Assembly: GCA_910592345.1 (NCBI GenBank)
Contig: CAJVPI010000103.1
Coordinates: 1 to 53,852 of the forward strand
Direction of reading: 5' to 3'
From: Paraglomus brasilianum
Lineage: Eukaryota
Length of the DNA: 53,852 nt
Shown here one piece after another: positions 1 through 12,372 of this stretch. The notes below the pieces were generated by a model. That model had not been told where the DNA came from. It saw only the letters and a list, made by a program, of their open reading frames with translations, and ran no database searches. The position numbers were made by a program, and so were the translations under genes. Each line of letters starts with the position of its first letter. The stretch's first letter is position 1.

Positions 1-1990
1 TGTTAAATTGATTCCACTTGAGATAACAGACGAGACACATGATTTATATTATGCCGAGGTAAACCATTTACTTATGCATCATGTTTGAATAGTTTAAATA
101 ATTATCGACTTATTATTATGTATTATTTCCACTAGTTATGTGATAAGCATCCAGATATTCTTGCCACGGATGTTTGGGTTACCATCGGATTCACATATGA
201 TGCAAGCGAACAAAAGTATTGCCTAATAAAAGAAAAGCATGAGGGGCATGGATTATGTCTGGCGTGTACAGAGCGACTAGATCCAAAGATAAATCTATTC
301 TGTTATGAATGTAAAGCACCACGACCGCTTTATTGGACTATGGGAAACAAGTCATTGGATTTATTTATTATGGAATCATGGAGTAATATGGAGCATATAT
401 TCGACGCGTATATACAATGGATAGAATACTCTCTATTGACAAACGTACGAGAGATGACATCATTACACCATGGATGTACACATATAGCCGAATGTTTAGA
501 ACTGACAACAAATGAATTGACATGTGTGACACTCAAAAAGATAGTTGACGAAGGGGACGATCAGTCATTTGATTTTCATCAGGTAAGTGTAAAATGTAAA
601 TAGTATTATTAACGTGTGTTTTTTGTTGTAACGACTGTATTTGTTTATTCAAATAGCTAACTAAGGAATACCCAGCGATATTAACACCCGAGAATATTTG
701 GTTTTGTGTGTCCTTTATTAAGCACAGCTAAGGTGGACCCCTAGAGCTGGTTTTATCACATCGAGAATATTTGGATAATCGGGATCACTCAGGAGCCATC
801 TACTCGGGAATATTATTTAGTTTTCTACCATGAAATACGTTCGATATTGGACAGGTTTATACGAAATAATGATCGTGTTGAGTACATGCAGTATAGCAAC
901 TTTTACGAACTCAATGAGATCGGATCTGGTGGTTATGGAACAGTTTATACTGCCAGATATAAAAGCGAGTTAGAAGAACGTATTAGTATGGAGAAAACTG
1001 TTGTACTCAAACGGTTTAAGAGTTTTGATGAAACGCCGGAATTGTTTATTTCTGAGGTAAGCAATTGTGATGTTATTAATTAAAGTATATTGAATCTGAC
1101 TCTGTTTATTTTTATTTATTAGTTCAGAAATCATGCCAAGTGCATAGTAATAGACTTTGATTTATTCCTCAAAATTTATGGAGTCACACAAGACCCAGAA
1201 ACAAAAGAGTACATGATTGTTATGCAATATGCTAACGATGGTAGTCTTTTGTCTTATTTGGATCAATATACTATGACGTGGAGGAGTAAATTATGGTGTT
1301 TGAGGTATATTGCAAATTATCTAAAAAATATTCACTATGTGGGATTAGTACATTGTGATCTTCATGGCGGAAACATAGTTTTGAATAATTACAGTACTCC
1401 ATTGATATGCGATCTTGGTCTCTCACGATCAGTGAATTCACATGAGTCAAATTCAACCATTCGAGGCGTTTTACCCTTTATTGCACCGGAAGTCTTCAAT
1501 ACATGCAAATTTACTCAGAAATCAGATGTGTATTCTTTTGGTATCGTTATGTATTTGATTGCTACTGGTGAACCACCCTTTAGAGATAGAGAATTTGATA
1601 GAGGCTTAGTATGCGACATTATGGGCGGACTACGACCATCGATGCCTGATTCCGCACCAGAGGAATACAAGAAACTTGCCGAGCGGTGTTGTGATGCTGA
1701 TCCTGATAAGCGTCCAGATACACGAGAACTTGTGAATGATATTGACGAGCTTATTAGAGAGATCAAATATGACAGCAATGCATGGAATTCCGTTTATTAT
1801 AATGATGTAAAACCCTTACCACGTCTCGAGAAATAGAGTAAATATTCTAGTGCGCTCTTACCTACCGGAGATCTGCCTAAACCGAGAAATAGTTATGAGA
1901 TGTCAATTGAGTTTCAGGTATGAAGACAACTTGGTTATAGATGAAGTCAATTTAGAATATTAACATCGTCCACTGCTTATGATTTAGTGA
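1..1990 (+). pseudogene. AMF-type tyrosine-kinase-like (TKL) protein kinase, 5' end outside the window, apparently recently disabled
   Basis: GT-AG exons <1-58, 136-582, 657-1056 and 1123-1917. Translation gives CxxC..CxxC followed by WTMGNKSLDLFI, GSGGYGTVY, VVLK, IYGVTQDPETKEY, HCDLHGGN, ICDLGLS, APE and SDVYSFG. A 73-bp frameshifting insertion (702-774) and an in-frame TAG at 1834-1836, followed by SKYSSALLPTGDLPKPRNS, disrupt it. Confidence 0.8.
702..761 (-). mobile_element. 60-bp insertion with 13-bp target-site duplication, likely the 3' tip of a non-LTR retroelement or a retrocopy
   Basis: CGAGAATATTTGG occurs at 689-701 and 762-774. On the minus strand the insert ends AATAAAGGACACACAAAA. 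Removing 73 bp restores the kinase frame. Confidence 0.65.
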
Positions 1991-2536
1991 CTCAAACGCT
2001 CTTTGAATAAACTTGTAATTCGCGGGTTTTACTCAAGGGTTTACTCCTCTTACAACTAAATAAATTAAATACGATATGCGTCAATATGAGTTAAAAATAA
2101 AATCGATCACGTTTACTGAATATGTAAGCAATATAGAGAGTACATTATTTAATGTTTATGAAACTGGTAATGAGCTGAATAAAGTGCGTAGCTACATTCG
2201 AGCTCTGTTCGCTGGACGGTGAAACTTCATTGTCAACCTGACATGTCAAAATGTGCAGTCGGCCAATGGGGCAAGATTATCTTGCTCAATATTACACATA
2301 TGATTTGCATGTGTGTAACATGATACCTACGAACCGCAGAATGGGATTGAATTGTTACGGTCGGTTTGGGAGATTCGCGTAGGGTGTTCGGGATGTTACC
2401 AGATTAGCTTCGTGCTACCGCCCTTAATACGGTAGATGTTCTTTGTTTTCACGATTATATATCAATGATGGTAATGATGGATGTAGTGGTTTTTTGTAGA
2501 GGTGAAGGTGTGTAAGTAAATAGTCGATCGTAAACA

Positions 2537-3030
2537 TTAGTTAGTAATATATATCAGTAGTAAATTTTTGTTAGTGTTTGTTTTTGTTAATGTGGTGTTG
2601 TTGTCAACGGCATCATTTAGTAAAAAGCTATCGTTTTCAATGATAAGCTTATTACAAAATGATGTGTCAATGTTTTGAGCAGATTCGCGATAGCCAATAA
2701 TATATGTAGTACACAGTGCATCTGCTATCGGTTGGTCCATAGATTGTCGGTATTTTATTAGAAGTATGTTCCATACGTGAGAGCTAATATTTCCATAGCG
2801 AACTGCTTCTAACAGTTGGTAGAACTGCGTATCCTTTTCTTGACGACGAGATGCTGTTAAAAAAAGTGGATAAAATGCTGACCAAATAGGTGATAAATAT
2901 ATTGGTTGGATAATGGTATTTAAAACGCGATAGTCACTTGGTGACCAGAATGCGGGAAGATGCGATAAAAACAGAGCCCATGCCTGCTCGAAATCTTTCG
3001 ATTGAAGAAAATTTCTGACCTCCTGTGAGA
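2537..3030 (-). pseudogene. PIF1-family helicase fragment (Helitron-like or Pif1 paralog remnant)
   Basis: Open minus frame reads IYLSPIWSAFYPLFLTASRRQEKDTQFYQLLEAVRYG...YIIGYRESAQNIDTSFCNKL, matching the PIF1 pattern W..F....L....RQ..D..F..LL...R.G. No Walker A motif or start is visible. Confidence 0.6.
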
Positions 3031-3039
3031 ACTAAAACC

Positions 3040-4680
3040 TTAGTTCATTCCACTGCTTATCGATGATATTACGCAAGTGATGAACCATCCATCCACTCAT
3101 ATCCCTCGAACGCGTAACGATCCAAATTTAACGGTATCCACAACACAAATAAAACTTGCCATACACAAGTGTACCATCTATATCATATCAACCGTGTGAA
3201 ATAACGTTTGATTTGCCCCATTCCCAACCTGCCTGAGCATATACAAGCACCCATAATTCAATTATTTATTCAATATCTCGGATCAAACAAGCATGGAAAG
3301 ACGCCAACGAGTCCCAACGTCTTTGCGCTTGATGCATTGAACTGTACGTCGAGCATACTCCTATTTCGACACTTGAGCAACTTCTCCGGTTATGCCTCCC
3401 CGAACCCTCCATGTGACCAGAACCAATGCCACACTTTTAAATAAGTTTCGAATGGCGTTATAAAGCAAATTCTCGTGCCTTTCAATCTATAGAAAATGAA
3501 GAAGAAAATTAGCAAAAGAACAAATAACCAAGACAAATTCATAAAACTCGACGCAAAAATTACGCGCAACGGACGACGTGATGGTCGCTCTAATATCATA
3601 GCCCATCCATAAAATAAGCGAGTGTCCTGACTTCCGAAGCAAAGCAAATTCCGAAAATATGCCTGAGGCGCGTTATGTAATTCACAGTTACAGTAGGTAG
3701 TCTCTTTATCAGCAACATTGTTTAGCCAATATATCGAATCTCTCAGATTCTTTATCCAACGCTGCTTTACTCAGATTCGCCATCAAAAATGATTGAAGTT
3801 TTTGGATGGTACTTTATACACGCCTTGTGTCCCTTGAGTGCTCCAGTGGAACGGCAGTAGACTCAACTCTTATTGTGAAAGCACAGCTAATTGTTTTAGT
3901 TTCCTTATATAGCTTGTCTAACAGCAAACCTAAACTATGAATTAATCTTTAGGCTATATCGAAAAATTGCACTCCGTCTCGCTATTCGTTTGGCTGCGCG
4001 CGAGCCTGATATCTCATTTGATAATAACAGCCGTGAACATTATAATTTTGGCAATGTTGTATGCTAGCAAAGTCGGGAGGAGAAATACAAATGCAACTTC
4101 TTGGAGCCTTGATGAATAATTCCGACAGAAATGCAATTTCAGGTAATGCTAAAGGTTACTACGTAGAAGTACAGAAGATGAGTTTGGAGACTCTAAATAA
4201 ATAAAGTGTCTCCAATACCAAATACCATGAATCGTATGTTTTGGATCATTCCAATCATCCGGGTAAGCTTTTGAAGGATAAAATTCGGCATACATTATTT
4301 ATCGAAAGCAAATATACTTGTTTTTTCCTTTTGCTGAAAAAGAAAAAGAAAAAAAAATAATTAACGTTCAACGGATATTGCCTCGGCGTGGTTAAACGCA
4401 AGGAAATGTCTTCTTTTTTTTTTTTTTGCAACGATGCTGTTCACATTCTCTTCATCGGCAAGCCCGTTGGCCATAACATTTCTTAGCATTAACAACGTTC
4501 ATGTATTTAGAATAAATTCATTACGCGTAATAAACGATTTTCCATTACATTATACATGGAAACAGAACCAGTCCCTCGCTCTTCCTTGGTTTTGGCGTTT
4601 TGCATGGTCAGTAGAGAACTCGAGAAATTTTAGCTTCTTTGAAAATTAAATACCAATCCTTGTCGGGTTGGATCATATAT
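3040..4680 (-). pseudogene. Degenerate multi-exon gene remnant, family not recognised
   Basis: Protein-like stretches (NAPQAYFRNLLCFGSQDTRLFYGWAMILERP; KVWHWFWSHGGFGEA; YAEFYPSKAYPDDWNDPKH) separated by GT-AG-like segments, stops and frameshifts. Confidence 0.3.
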
Positions 4681-5509
4681 TTTTGTTCATTGCTATGATA
4701 ATTATTCGAAGCAATAGGAAACTGTTTGTGAAGTGTAGAAGTCATTTACTCGTATATCATTTAATTTTAACTTTGTATGTACTTCCAAATAACCTCCAAT
4801 GAAATTCCTCGACACGAATAGTGAGTCTTCAAGTTACTTGTGCACTCGATAGAAAACAAGAAAATAGCGCGCGAAAATATGCATTAATGCAAATGCAGTC
4901 GTATGTAAATGGAGTTATATACACGCCTGTACGTGACGCATGCGTTGATGGTTTGCTTGGACTAGTGAAGAGAAACGATACTCGATTCATTAGAAATACA
5001 ATTGATCAGAAAGACGTACTTGTTATGACAAGTGGAATATGTTACATTGGATTAAAAATGGGGGAGCATATATTCAGTATCTTATGTTACATTTCATTCC
5101 TTTCATCCATACACTCACAGTCATTAACGATTTAGAGAACCTATATAAATAAGCGCTCTTCTACTTAATTATCCATACCTACGACTCTTAATAAAATCCG
5201 AGTCTTTTGAATACATACCCAAACACTAACACAAAATGCCACCCACTACCGTAACGGCCTTCTAGTCGCCAGACCTATCATTAAACCACCTCCTTCCCAT
5301 TACTGTCGATAGAATACATATAATCTTTTATCAATATAACCATCTCTAAATACTCCATATATTTCAAGCCATGAGATAAAAATTCGGGTTAATCATAAAA
5401 TTTTATCGAATATTAATCTTTGTACAATTAATAACTTTATACCAGATGTAAGAAGAATTATGATGTTGAATGAATATGATAAGATGTGAGCCTACAAGTG
5501 TCTTTTGGT

Positions 5510-6900
5510 TTACATTTGAAATGAAGCCTCTTCTTCATGAAATGCTGGTGCTCGCCTCGCCTGTTCGAACTCGTTACTAAAAGATATTCGCAAAGAACGT
5601 ATGAAATGGTAATGTATGTAGTAACTGAGAAACTATAAATGACGTAGATAAAACAAGCCACCTACCTGTCATCATCAGGTGCAGGCCGTCTTCTTGCCGG
5701 ACGGTTGAGCTCTGGTTCTCTACAGCTTTGTTGCATTACTGAATCCCTCGCAGAATAGATAGGTTCGTATTCCTGTGTTAAATTAGCTTTAGACATTAGC
5801 ATATTTACAGAGTTTGGAATTTGATAATAGATATGTTGATTTCGTTATAATAATTCCAATAGTTATAATAATTCTTTTTCTAGAATGTTCTCAACCATTT
5901 CACATTCAGTCGTCCCACCCGCTTCTCGGGATAACCTACGGACCCCTTCCTCTCCAATTCCCTCCCTCCTTCCTTCCATCCTTCTTTTATCCTAGACAAC
6001 TCAACACTCGACCTTCCATCAACACTCACCTTTAACTGAACCTTAAACCCTTCATTTGGATTCATACAAAATCTCCTATTCTGCACAAACGTATATGCAC
6101 ATTGATAATCCATTTTCGCCGTTTCCATAACATACGCCACAACAAATGCAGGACTTCTACTAATTCCTCCATTGCAATGTACGAAAACTCTCCCGCCACC
6201 ATTTAATGCCTCGTCAATAAACTGTTTCGCCGCAGGAAAATGCGGGATCAGTCGCTCGTTTGGAGAATCTGAAACTTCAATCTCGAAATATAAAAAGTGT
6301 TCAGGAAATCGGGGGCGTATGATCCTTTTTTCGGATGCGTCTCGTATGGAAACAATATGCGTAATGCCATTGGCTTTGAGTTGATTAAATTCCTTGGAGT
6401 AGGAGTAAGGTCCGAGAAACAAACCCGGAAGAATTTCTTGCATTTGGCGGCGCATTTCGTATCTGAGGGTGGGGGAGAGAAAAGTGGAAGAAAAGGACAA
6501 TGAGTGAGACAAGCTTTCTTTTTTCTGTGATGTATAAGCATGTTTGCAAGAATAGAATCTAAAAGAAGATTGTATACGAGACGAAACGTATACGTTGATA
6601 CTTCAAAACTACGCCTCATTCTCTTTATTGTTCTTGTCGTATTAGTAATCTAGATGAATGTAAACCACGACACGCACACCACACACACACCACACCCACA
6701 AAATTCAACACGAACGCAGTCTTGTCTCTTAAACCTTGTCCACACTTTCTTTTCCTCAGACTACAAAACCCCCCAATCGGTTAGTATTTTACGTACTTCC
6801 AGTCGAGTACAACCTGGTTGTTGTTGACAAGCGCCTGAAAACTTTGCGTGGTGCTTGTATTCCTCGTTGGCGGTTGCGAGTCGACCATCATGTCGTCCAT
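5510..6900 (-). CDS. STYX: STYX-like dual-specificity phosphatase with intact catalytic Cys
   Basis: Exons 6900-6797, 6462-6030, 5772-5666 and 5576-5510, all GT-AG and in frame. WKYEMRRQMQEILPGLFLGPYS, HCNGGISRS and VQNRRFCMNPNEGF closely follow animal STYX. Confidence 0.85.
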
Positions 6901-7861
6901 GTTTGCGAAAAAAGTGTTGATAAGAATGTTGATTATATGGTACTGACGACTATTTGAGGATAGTGTGAGAGTACGTGATTTCGGCCAAATATACGTAGCT
7001 TTTCTTCGTGTGTAACCGATGTGTGTGTTATTAAATATTATTTGTAATGATGACAACTGCTACGGGTTGATTATTCGACAATCGACACGGCAAGGCAAGG
7101 CAAGAGACGGCGGGAGTAAGAAAGGACACAATATATCGAGCGCACAAGAGATAAGATTCTCTGTTATCAAAGCTGACTGGGTCACACTTTAATTAGCATG
7201 TATCTTTAAACGTCATATGGTGACATAGTAATAGTTAATAACAACAGTCATGGATTTTTCGTGTTACTTTGATCTGTTTTTATACAAGTTTGTCATGATT
7301 TACAAGAGTAGCTAGCTCTCTCCTATTGCTTAACCACCAAGAGTTCCAGTGCATAATGATGTTTTCGGAAAATCGCCAAAGCTTCATGTATCCTTTTGTT
7401 ATTCCATGATTCACATCTTCCATTTACTATTTACGCCTTGATCATTACTTTACATTATTTTTTGCTTTATTTTGCTTCTCTTTGAATGCAACACCGAATC
7501 GAATCAAAAACGCAAGCGACAATTCTACTAGAATATTTAAAGAATATAAATATAATATATACAGTATAGTAATATAGATCTGCCAACTTTAAAAGAGATA
7601 AAAACACTATCACTAACTCGAATCAACAAAAGAATAGAGAAACCAAACACAATCTTTTAACTCAACAACAAAAAAATATATTGACTGACGGGCTACTCCA
7701 ACCAATCTGTTCGGTATTTTTATAACAGCTCCCGAACCAACAAGTTAATCACATATGAAACCTCACGGAACACAAAATCATTTGACGTGTCGAGGACGGA
7801 TGGTCCGGTTGGAAGATGGGTATCCATCCACTCGTGTAATCAGCTTATCGAATAGCATCTA

Positions 7862-10800
7862 TCATTCGCCGCCATCTTCATCGTAGCTTATAAACTCGGA
7901 GAAGTCTGGATCTGCTGTGCTATCCCATTGCATACTCTCATCGCCTACGTAAATATCCAGCTGTGTGTGGACAAGTTTATATTTTAGAGGATTGATTCGT
8001 AATGGCTCACATCCAAGTACTATAAGAAAACACGCACAATCCGCACGCTCACACACCCACGCTCCACTCCCCCACACATCCCCCACACCCATCCACCCAC
8101 ACACTCTCTTTGTCTTAATAATCCAAATCACATCCCCTGTCTCTCGCTCCGCCAATCCTTTTAAACTTACATCCCCATAGCCGCCGGCAAGGTTTTGTTG
8201 CGCCTGATTTTGTGTCGGCACTTGCGCTTGCTGAGTTTGCTGTTGTGCCGGGTTTGCAACTATATCCCCATTAACCATAGTTTGTTGTTGCCCAGCATCG
8301 CCTGCATTGGCGGTTTGCACAAAGTTTGCGGGTTTATTTGCAGTCTGAGTCTTGCATGTAAATAGATTGAGCAGGTAGATTAGGGAGGGAGGGAGGGGGG
8401 AGGAAAGGAAATTACGTTTAATTTAGTACACTGAATTATTGAAAGTTGGAATATTTCGATGATTATCAAATGAAAAAAGTGTGGCCGAGTATGAGAAAGG
8501 ATATGCAATTCTCCTTTCCTTTCTCATCTATACCCGCCTGATTTATTTTAATATCGAATCAACCTCTATCCTTATTCGTATTCTTTCTTACCCTCTAGTT
8601 CCACTTTCCCTCTTATACCTCTCGAATATTTTCACTCTTGTCGTTACCCTCGACATTCATGCTCTTTCCGCTTAAAATCCCCTCACAACGCCCATACCTG
8701 ATTTACAGGCTTCTTACTATCCGGCTTCACCTTATTTCCCGGAACAGCATTCGTCTGATTTGGCTGCGTAGCCATAGACGGTACTTGTGGTACACCTTGT
8801 TGCTGCGGTTGAGCATAGAGCACCCTCGACGCCATGTTACCAGTGGGAATTAATAAACCATCGCTTGTGGTAACTTGGGTTGGGCGTTGTTGCTATATAC
8901 CAATAGGCGTGTTGAGGGAAGGAAGAGGAAAGAGGAGCGACAAAAGAGAGGAAAGAGGAAATACGTATGGATAGAGAATAAAGGATAGAATGAATGACGA
9001 AGAGATCAGTCTGAAGGTTCATCGATCTTGACATGCTTTGCCAGCAGATTGAAATTATTGTAAATGCTCTTTGGTATAAACAATAATTTATGCTCTTCAA
9101 CAATCTCCTTTCCATTCGTTCTTCCTTTCAGGACCTCGAATTTCCCTTTACAGATACGTGCCTATCTTGATCTTCGTTAAACTAACCACCTCCCCCACCA
9201 TGCATCTCTTTATCTACTTCACCTATACTAATTTACTAGCCAATACTCACCGGTCTCACTCCACCAAGGTTGTAAGGCGGTCCGTTCGCAATAACGTAAG
9301 AAGGTCTCATATACATTTGCTGTTGCATTGCCTTGTATGCCTCGACTTGGTCTTGAGACACAACATCGTGTCCAATTATTTGTGATGGAATCTTTTGGTT
9401 TATAATGCGTCGTTGACTCATCATCTGGTTTTTAACCGCTTGTTGTGCCTGTGCCCGCGCTGAAGCTATTTGTGCTACTTGCTGCGATTGCATTTGTTGC
9501 GCCTGTAGCGCCTGGGTAGAGATTGAAGAAAAATAAGAACAAAGAATTGCAGTAAAAGCAACGAGTCATAAGCCAACTTACCAAAAGTGAATTTTGTATT
9601 GGAGTTTGAGGCTGCGGTCGGGGTGTTCCTTTAAGACGAGAAAAACATTGATCAGACATTGACGATAATATATAGAACGTATTACTTATTAAGGCAAAAT
9701 CAACAATTGACGCGTTATGACTAAATGAATGTCCCAATTGAATTGAAATTAAATCCACCGTCACTTACTTGGAGAAGTAGCCGAACCCATAGCTGGCGAT
9801 CCAGCAGCTTGCCCGTCCGGTCGTTTTGTTGCTGCGTTCGGAACTTGAGGTAGATGTATCTGCTGTGTTTGAGGTGATTGTTGTCGTATCAATTGGTTTG
9901 CTTGAGATGGAAGTCGAAGCATTGCTTGACCTATGGGAGATGGACTTATGAATTGATTGTTTCCATAACCAGGCCTAAGATGGGGAAAAGTTGGGACACC
10001 ATACTTAGTATTGAAGATGAAAAAGCGAGTATAATAACAATATCACAAGCGTAATCATAACTACAACGACGGATACAACGGCGACGGCGACAACAGCAAC
10101 AACCATTGCTTATAAACAATCTATCTATCTATTAAACCCTCTAAAGATTTTCAAGTTCTCACACCTCCATCAACATTCAAATTCAATTGATACTGTTTTT
10201 GTATCCGACTTACATTAATAATCGATTTGGTTGCTGCCGAATTTGCGCTTGTTGAAACATAAACGTCCTATTATCATGAGCTGATAATTCTCCATTCGCT
10301 GTTCCCTCTGCAACGATCAGTGCACCGTTTGGCAATTGTCTAGTGAATTGTTGGTGCTGCAAATGACCCTGTTGCACTTGAGTTTGCCCTTGTACCTGGA
10401 CTTGAGCTTGTTGCAGTCCTGCTTGTACTTGCTGCTGTGCTTGCTGTGGTGTTTGCACTTGTTGTTGCGGTTGTTGCTGTTGCACTTGCTGTTGTTGAGC
10501 TTGTTGTTGTGACTGCACTTGAGCTTGTTGTCCAGCCTGTTGTTGTACTTGTGGTGTTTGGACCTGCTGTTGCTGTGATTGTTGTTGCTGTTGTTGCACC
10601 TGCTGTTGTTGGGCCTGTTGTTGCTGGGCTTGTTGCTGGGCTTGTTGCTGGGCCTGTTGCTGGGCCTGTTGCTGGGCTTGTTGCTGAGCTTGTTGCGCTT
10701 GAGCCAATCGGCGATGATGGAGCGACAGCTGCTGGTGACTGAAACCAGCCACATTTATTTGCTGACCGGAGGGAAGTGGTCGTCCTAACATTTGATGACT

Positions 10801-11538
10801 CAAATCTGGTTGCTGTGCTCCTCGTACGGTATGCCTCATCTGGTTTTCGAGTTTGCAAGTTTGAAAAAAAAAAAAAAAATCAAGTAAACTTCAGTGGGTA
10901 TAATCAATGAGTAAAGTGCGGCCATATATAAACGACAAATAGCCGCCGGTTGAAAAAGTCCGACCACTTGTAAACAATCCCATGTCTCCTCACTACGAAC
11001 GACTAATATATATATACATTCAAACTTAACCAACAGTGCTCTTTTTCTTTTTATCACTGTTCTTCCCTAGATTTCAAAACAATACACATGTCCCCTTCTC
11101 TATGCCTTGCCTTCCTTCACAAGTTCGTACCTCATTAGGAATATGCATTCCTGACGCAATCGATGTTCCGTTTTGTTTCTTTATTGTAAGTTCCTCCCAC
11201 AACATTGTAAACCACTCATACAGAAAGCTCTGTGGGGCTTCGTAAGGTAGTTGCACGTTAGGTAAATCACTACCGTTATCAGAACCCGAAGATCCCTCGC
11301 TCTTCTTGGAAAGAAACTCGTAGGGGTCATGTTCTCTCAGGTATGGCAGCAAAGCTCTAGCACTGTCTATGATGTTATTTTGTTTGAGGGTGTCGTATAT
11401 GTAAAAGTAGATCATGATGTTGGGATCGAGCCGAGCGTTCGTGACCCCATTTCCCTGAGGAGCTCTGCGTTGCATTTGCTGAACTTGGGCAGATGGTATT
11501 TGTTGTGATGATTGCAAAGGGTTATTTTGAGTTGACAT
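7862..11538 (-). CDS. LUFS/LisH-domain glutamine-rich transcriptional regulator (Flo8/Som1/SSDP-like)
   Basis: Exons 11538-11131, 10839-10214, 9974-9769, 9628-9582, 9511-9251, 8892-8698, 8350-8171 and 7960-7862 splice in frame. N-terminal YIYDTLKQNNIIDSARAL..APQSFLYEWFTMLWEEL, a poly-Q middle, and an acidic/aromatic C-terminus DPDFSEFISYDED. Confidence 0.75.
10400..10705 (-). repeat. Coding poly-Q / (QQQA)n low-complexity repeat
   Basis: CAG/CAA-rich 12-bp units such as CAGCAACAGGCC in exon 2 of the LUFS gene. Confidence 0.9.
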
Positions 11539-12372
11539 GGTGGTTCTGTGATGTAAGTCTGTTGTATGTGTTGTATTGTGTATGATCTATGTTGTTTGTA
11601 TTAAATTGGGTGCTCTATAAATCGGTATTATTATGAAGATTGGAGCAATGAGTATTTGGTATGTATGAAGCTACAAGGATAGAGCACCGGCAATAGAGAG
11701 TAGTTCAAGTTGAAGTAGTGACAGAAGTGCGATGAGCGCATATATGTTAAAAAGAAAAAGTCAGCTGTATATTGATGACGAATGTGGCGGAGTAACGGGG
11801 GGGACAATGGAGTTATTAAATGCTGTTGGATTTATGGGGGTAAAAAAGGGTTCGTTTGCAAGAAGGAAAAAAGAGAAATAAAATAAAAAATAAAGATGTT
11901 GGAAGCAGAATGGAAATTATTCCAACTCTGTGGTCTTCATACTTATCAGAAAAGCCGAATTAATAATCATCATTATTAATTTTTAATATAATATCTGATT
12001 ATTATTATGTAATGCGGATATTATTAAATCCTGACAACATCTTTTTCTCCCTTCTCATAACAAAAACCAGTTTTGTTGAAAAAAAAAAAGCTGGCTTCAC
12101 CATCACGGATCGAGGCATGACAATTAGAACGAGGGATGTCTATTATCATCACTAACATCCAAAAGTAGGACGAGCAATCCAAAAGTTATTTACATCTCTG
12201 GCCTCTCACAATCAAGAATGGTCAGTTATATTCCATAATTATCATCTTCATTATTGTTATTTCTCGGTCTTTTTTTTTTTTTTCTCTTTCTTTGTGCACT
12301 GTTTCGGAAATTCACATTTCCTCGATTTTCCATTTGTGGAAACATGCGACTCCATCACAACTTTGCTCCTTA

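Noticed and set aside
1834..1836. Recoded stop or alternative genetic code
   Set aside because: The other genes read cleanly in the standard code and this gene has a second lesion.
2829..2838. Additional GTATCCTTT motifs (also at about 7388 and 35284)
   Set aside because: Antisense to coding sequence or intergenic, with no matching exon or U12 branch point seen.
10317..10858. Overlapping ORFs rich in Thr/Ala, Asn/Ser, Leu or Val
   Set aside because: Alternative frames and antisense of the poly-Q exon.
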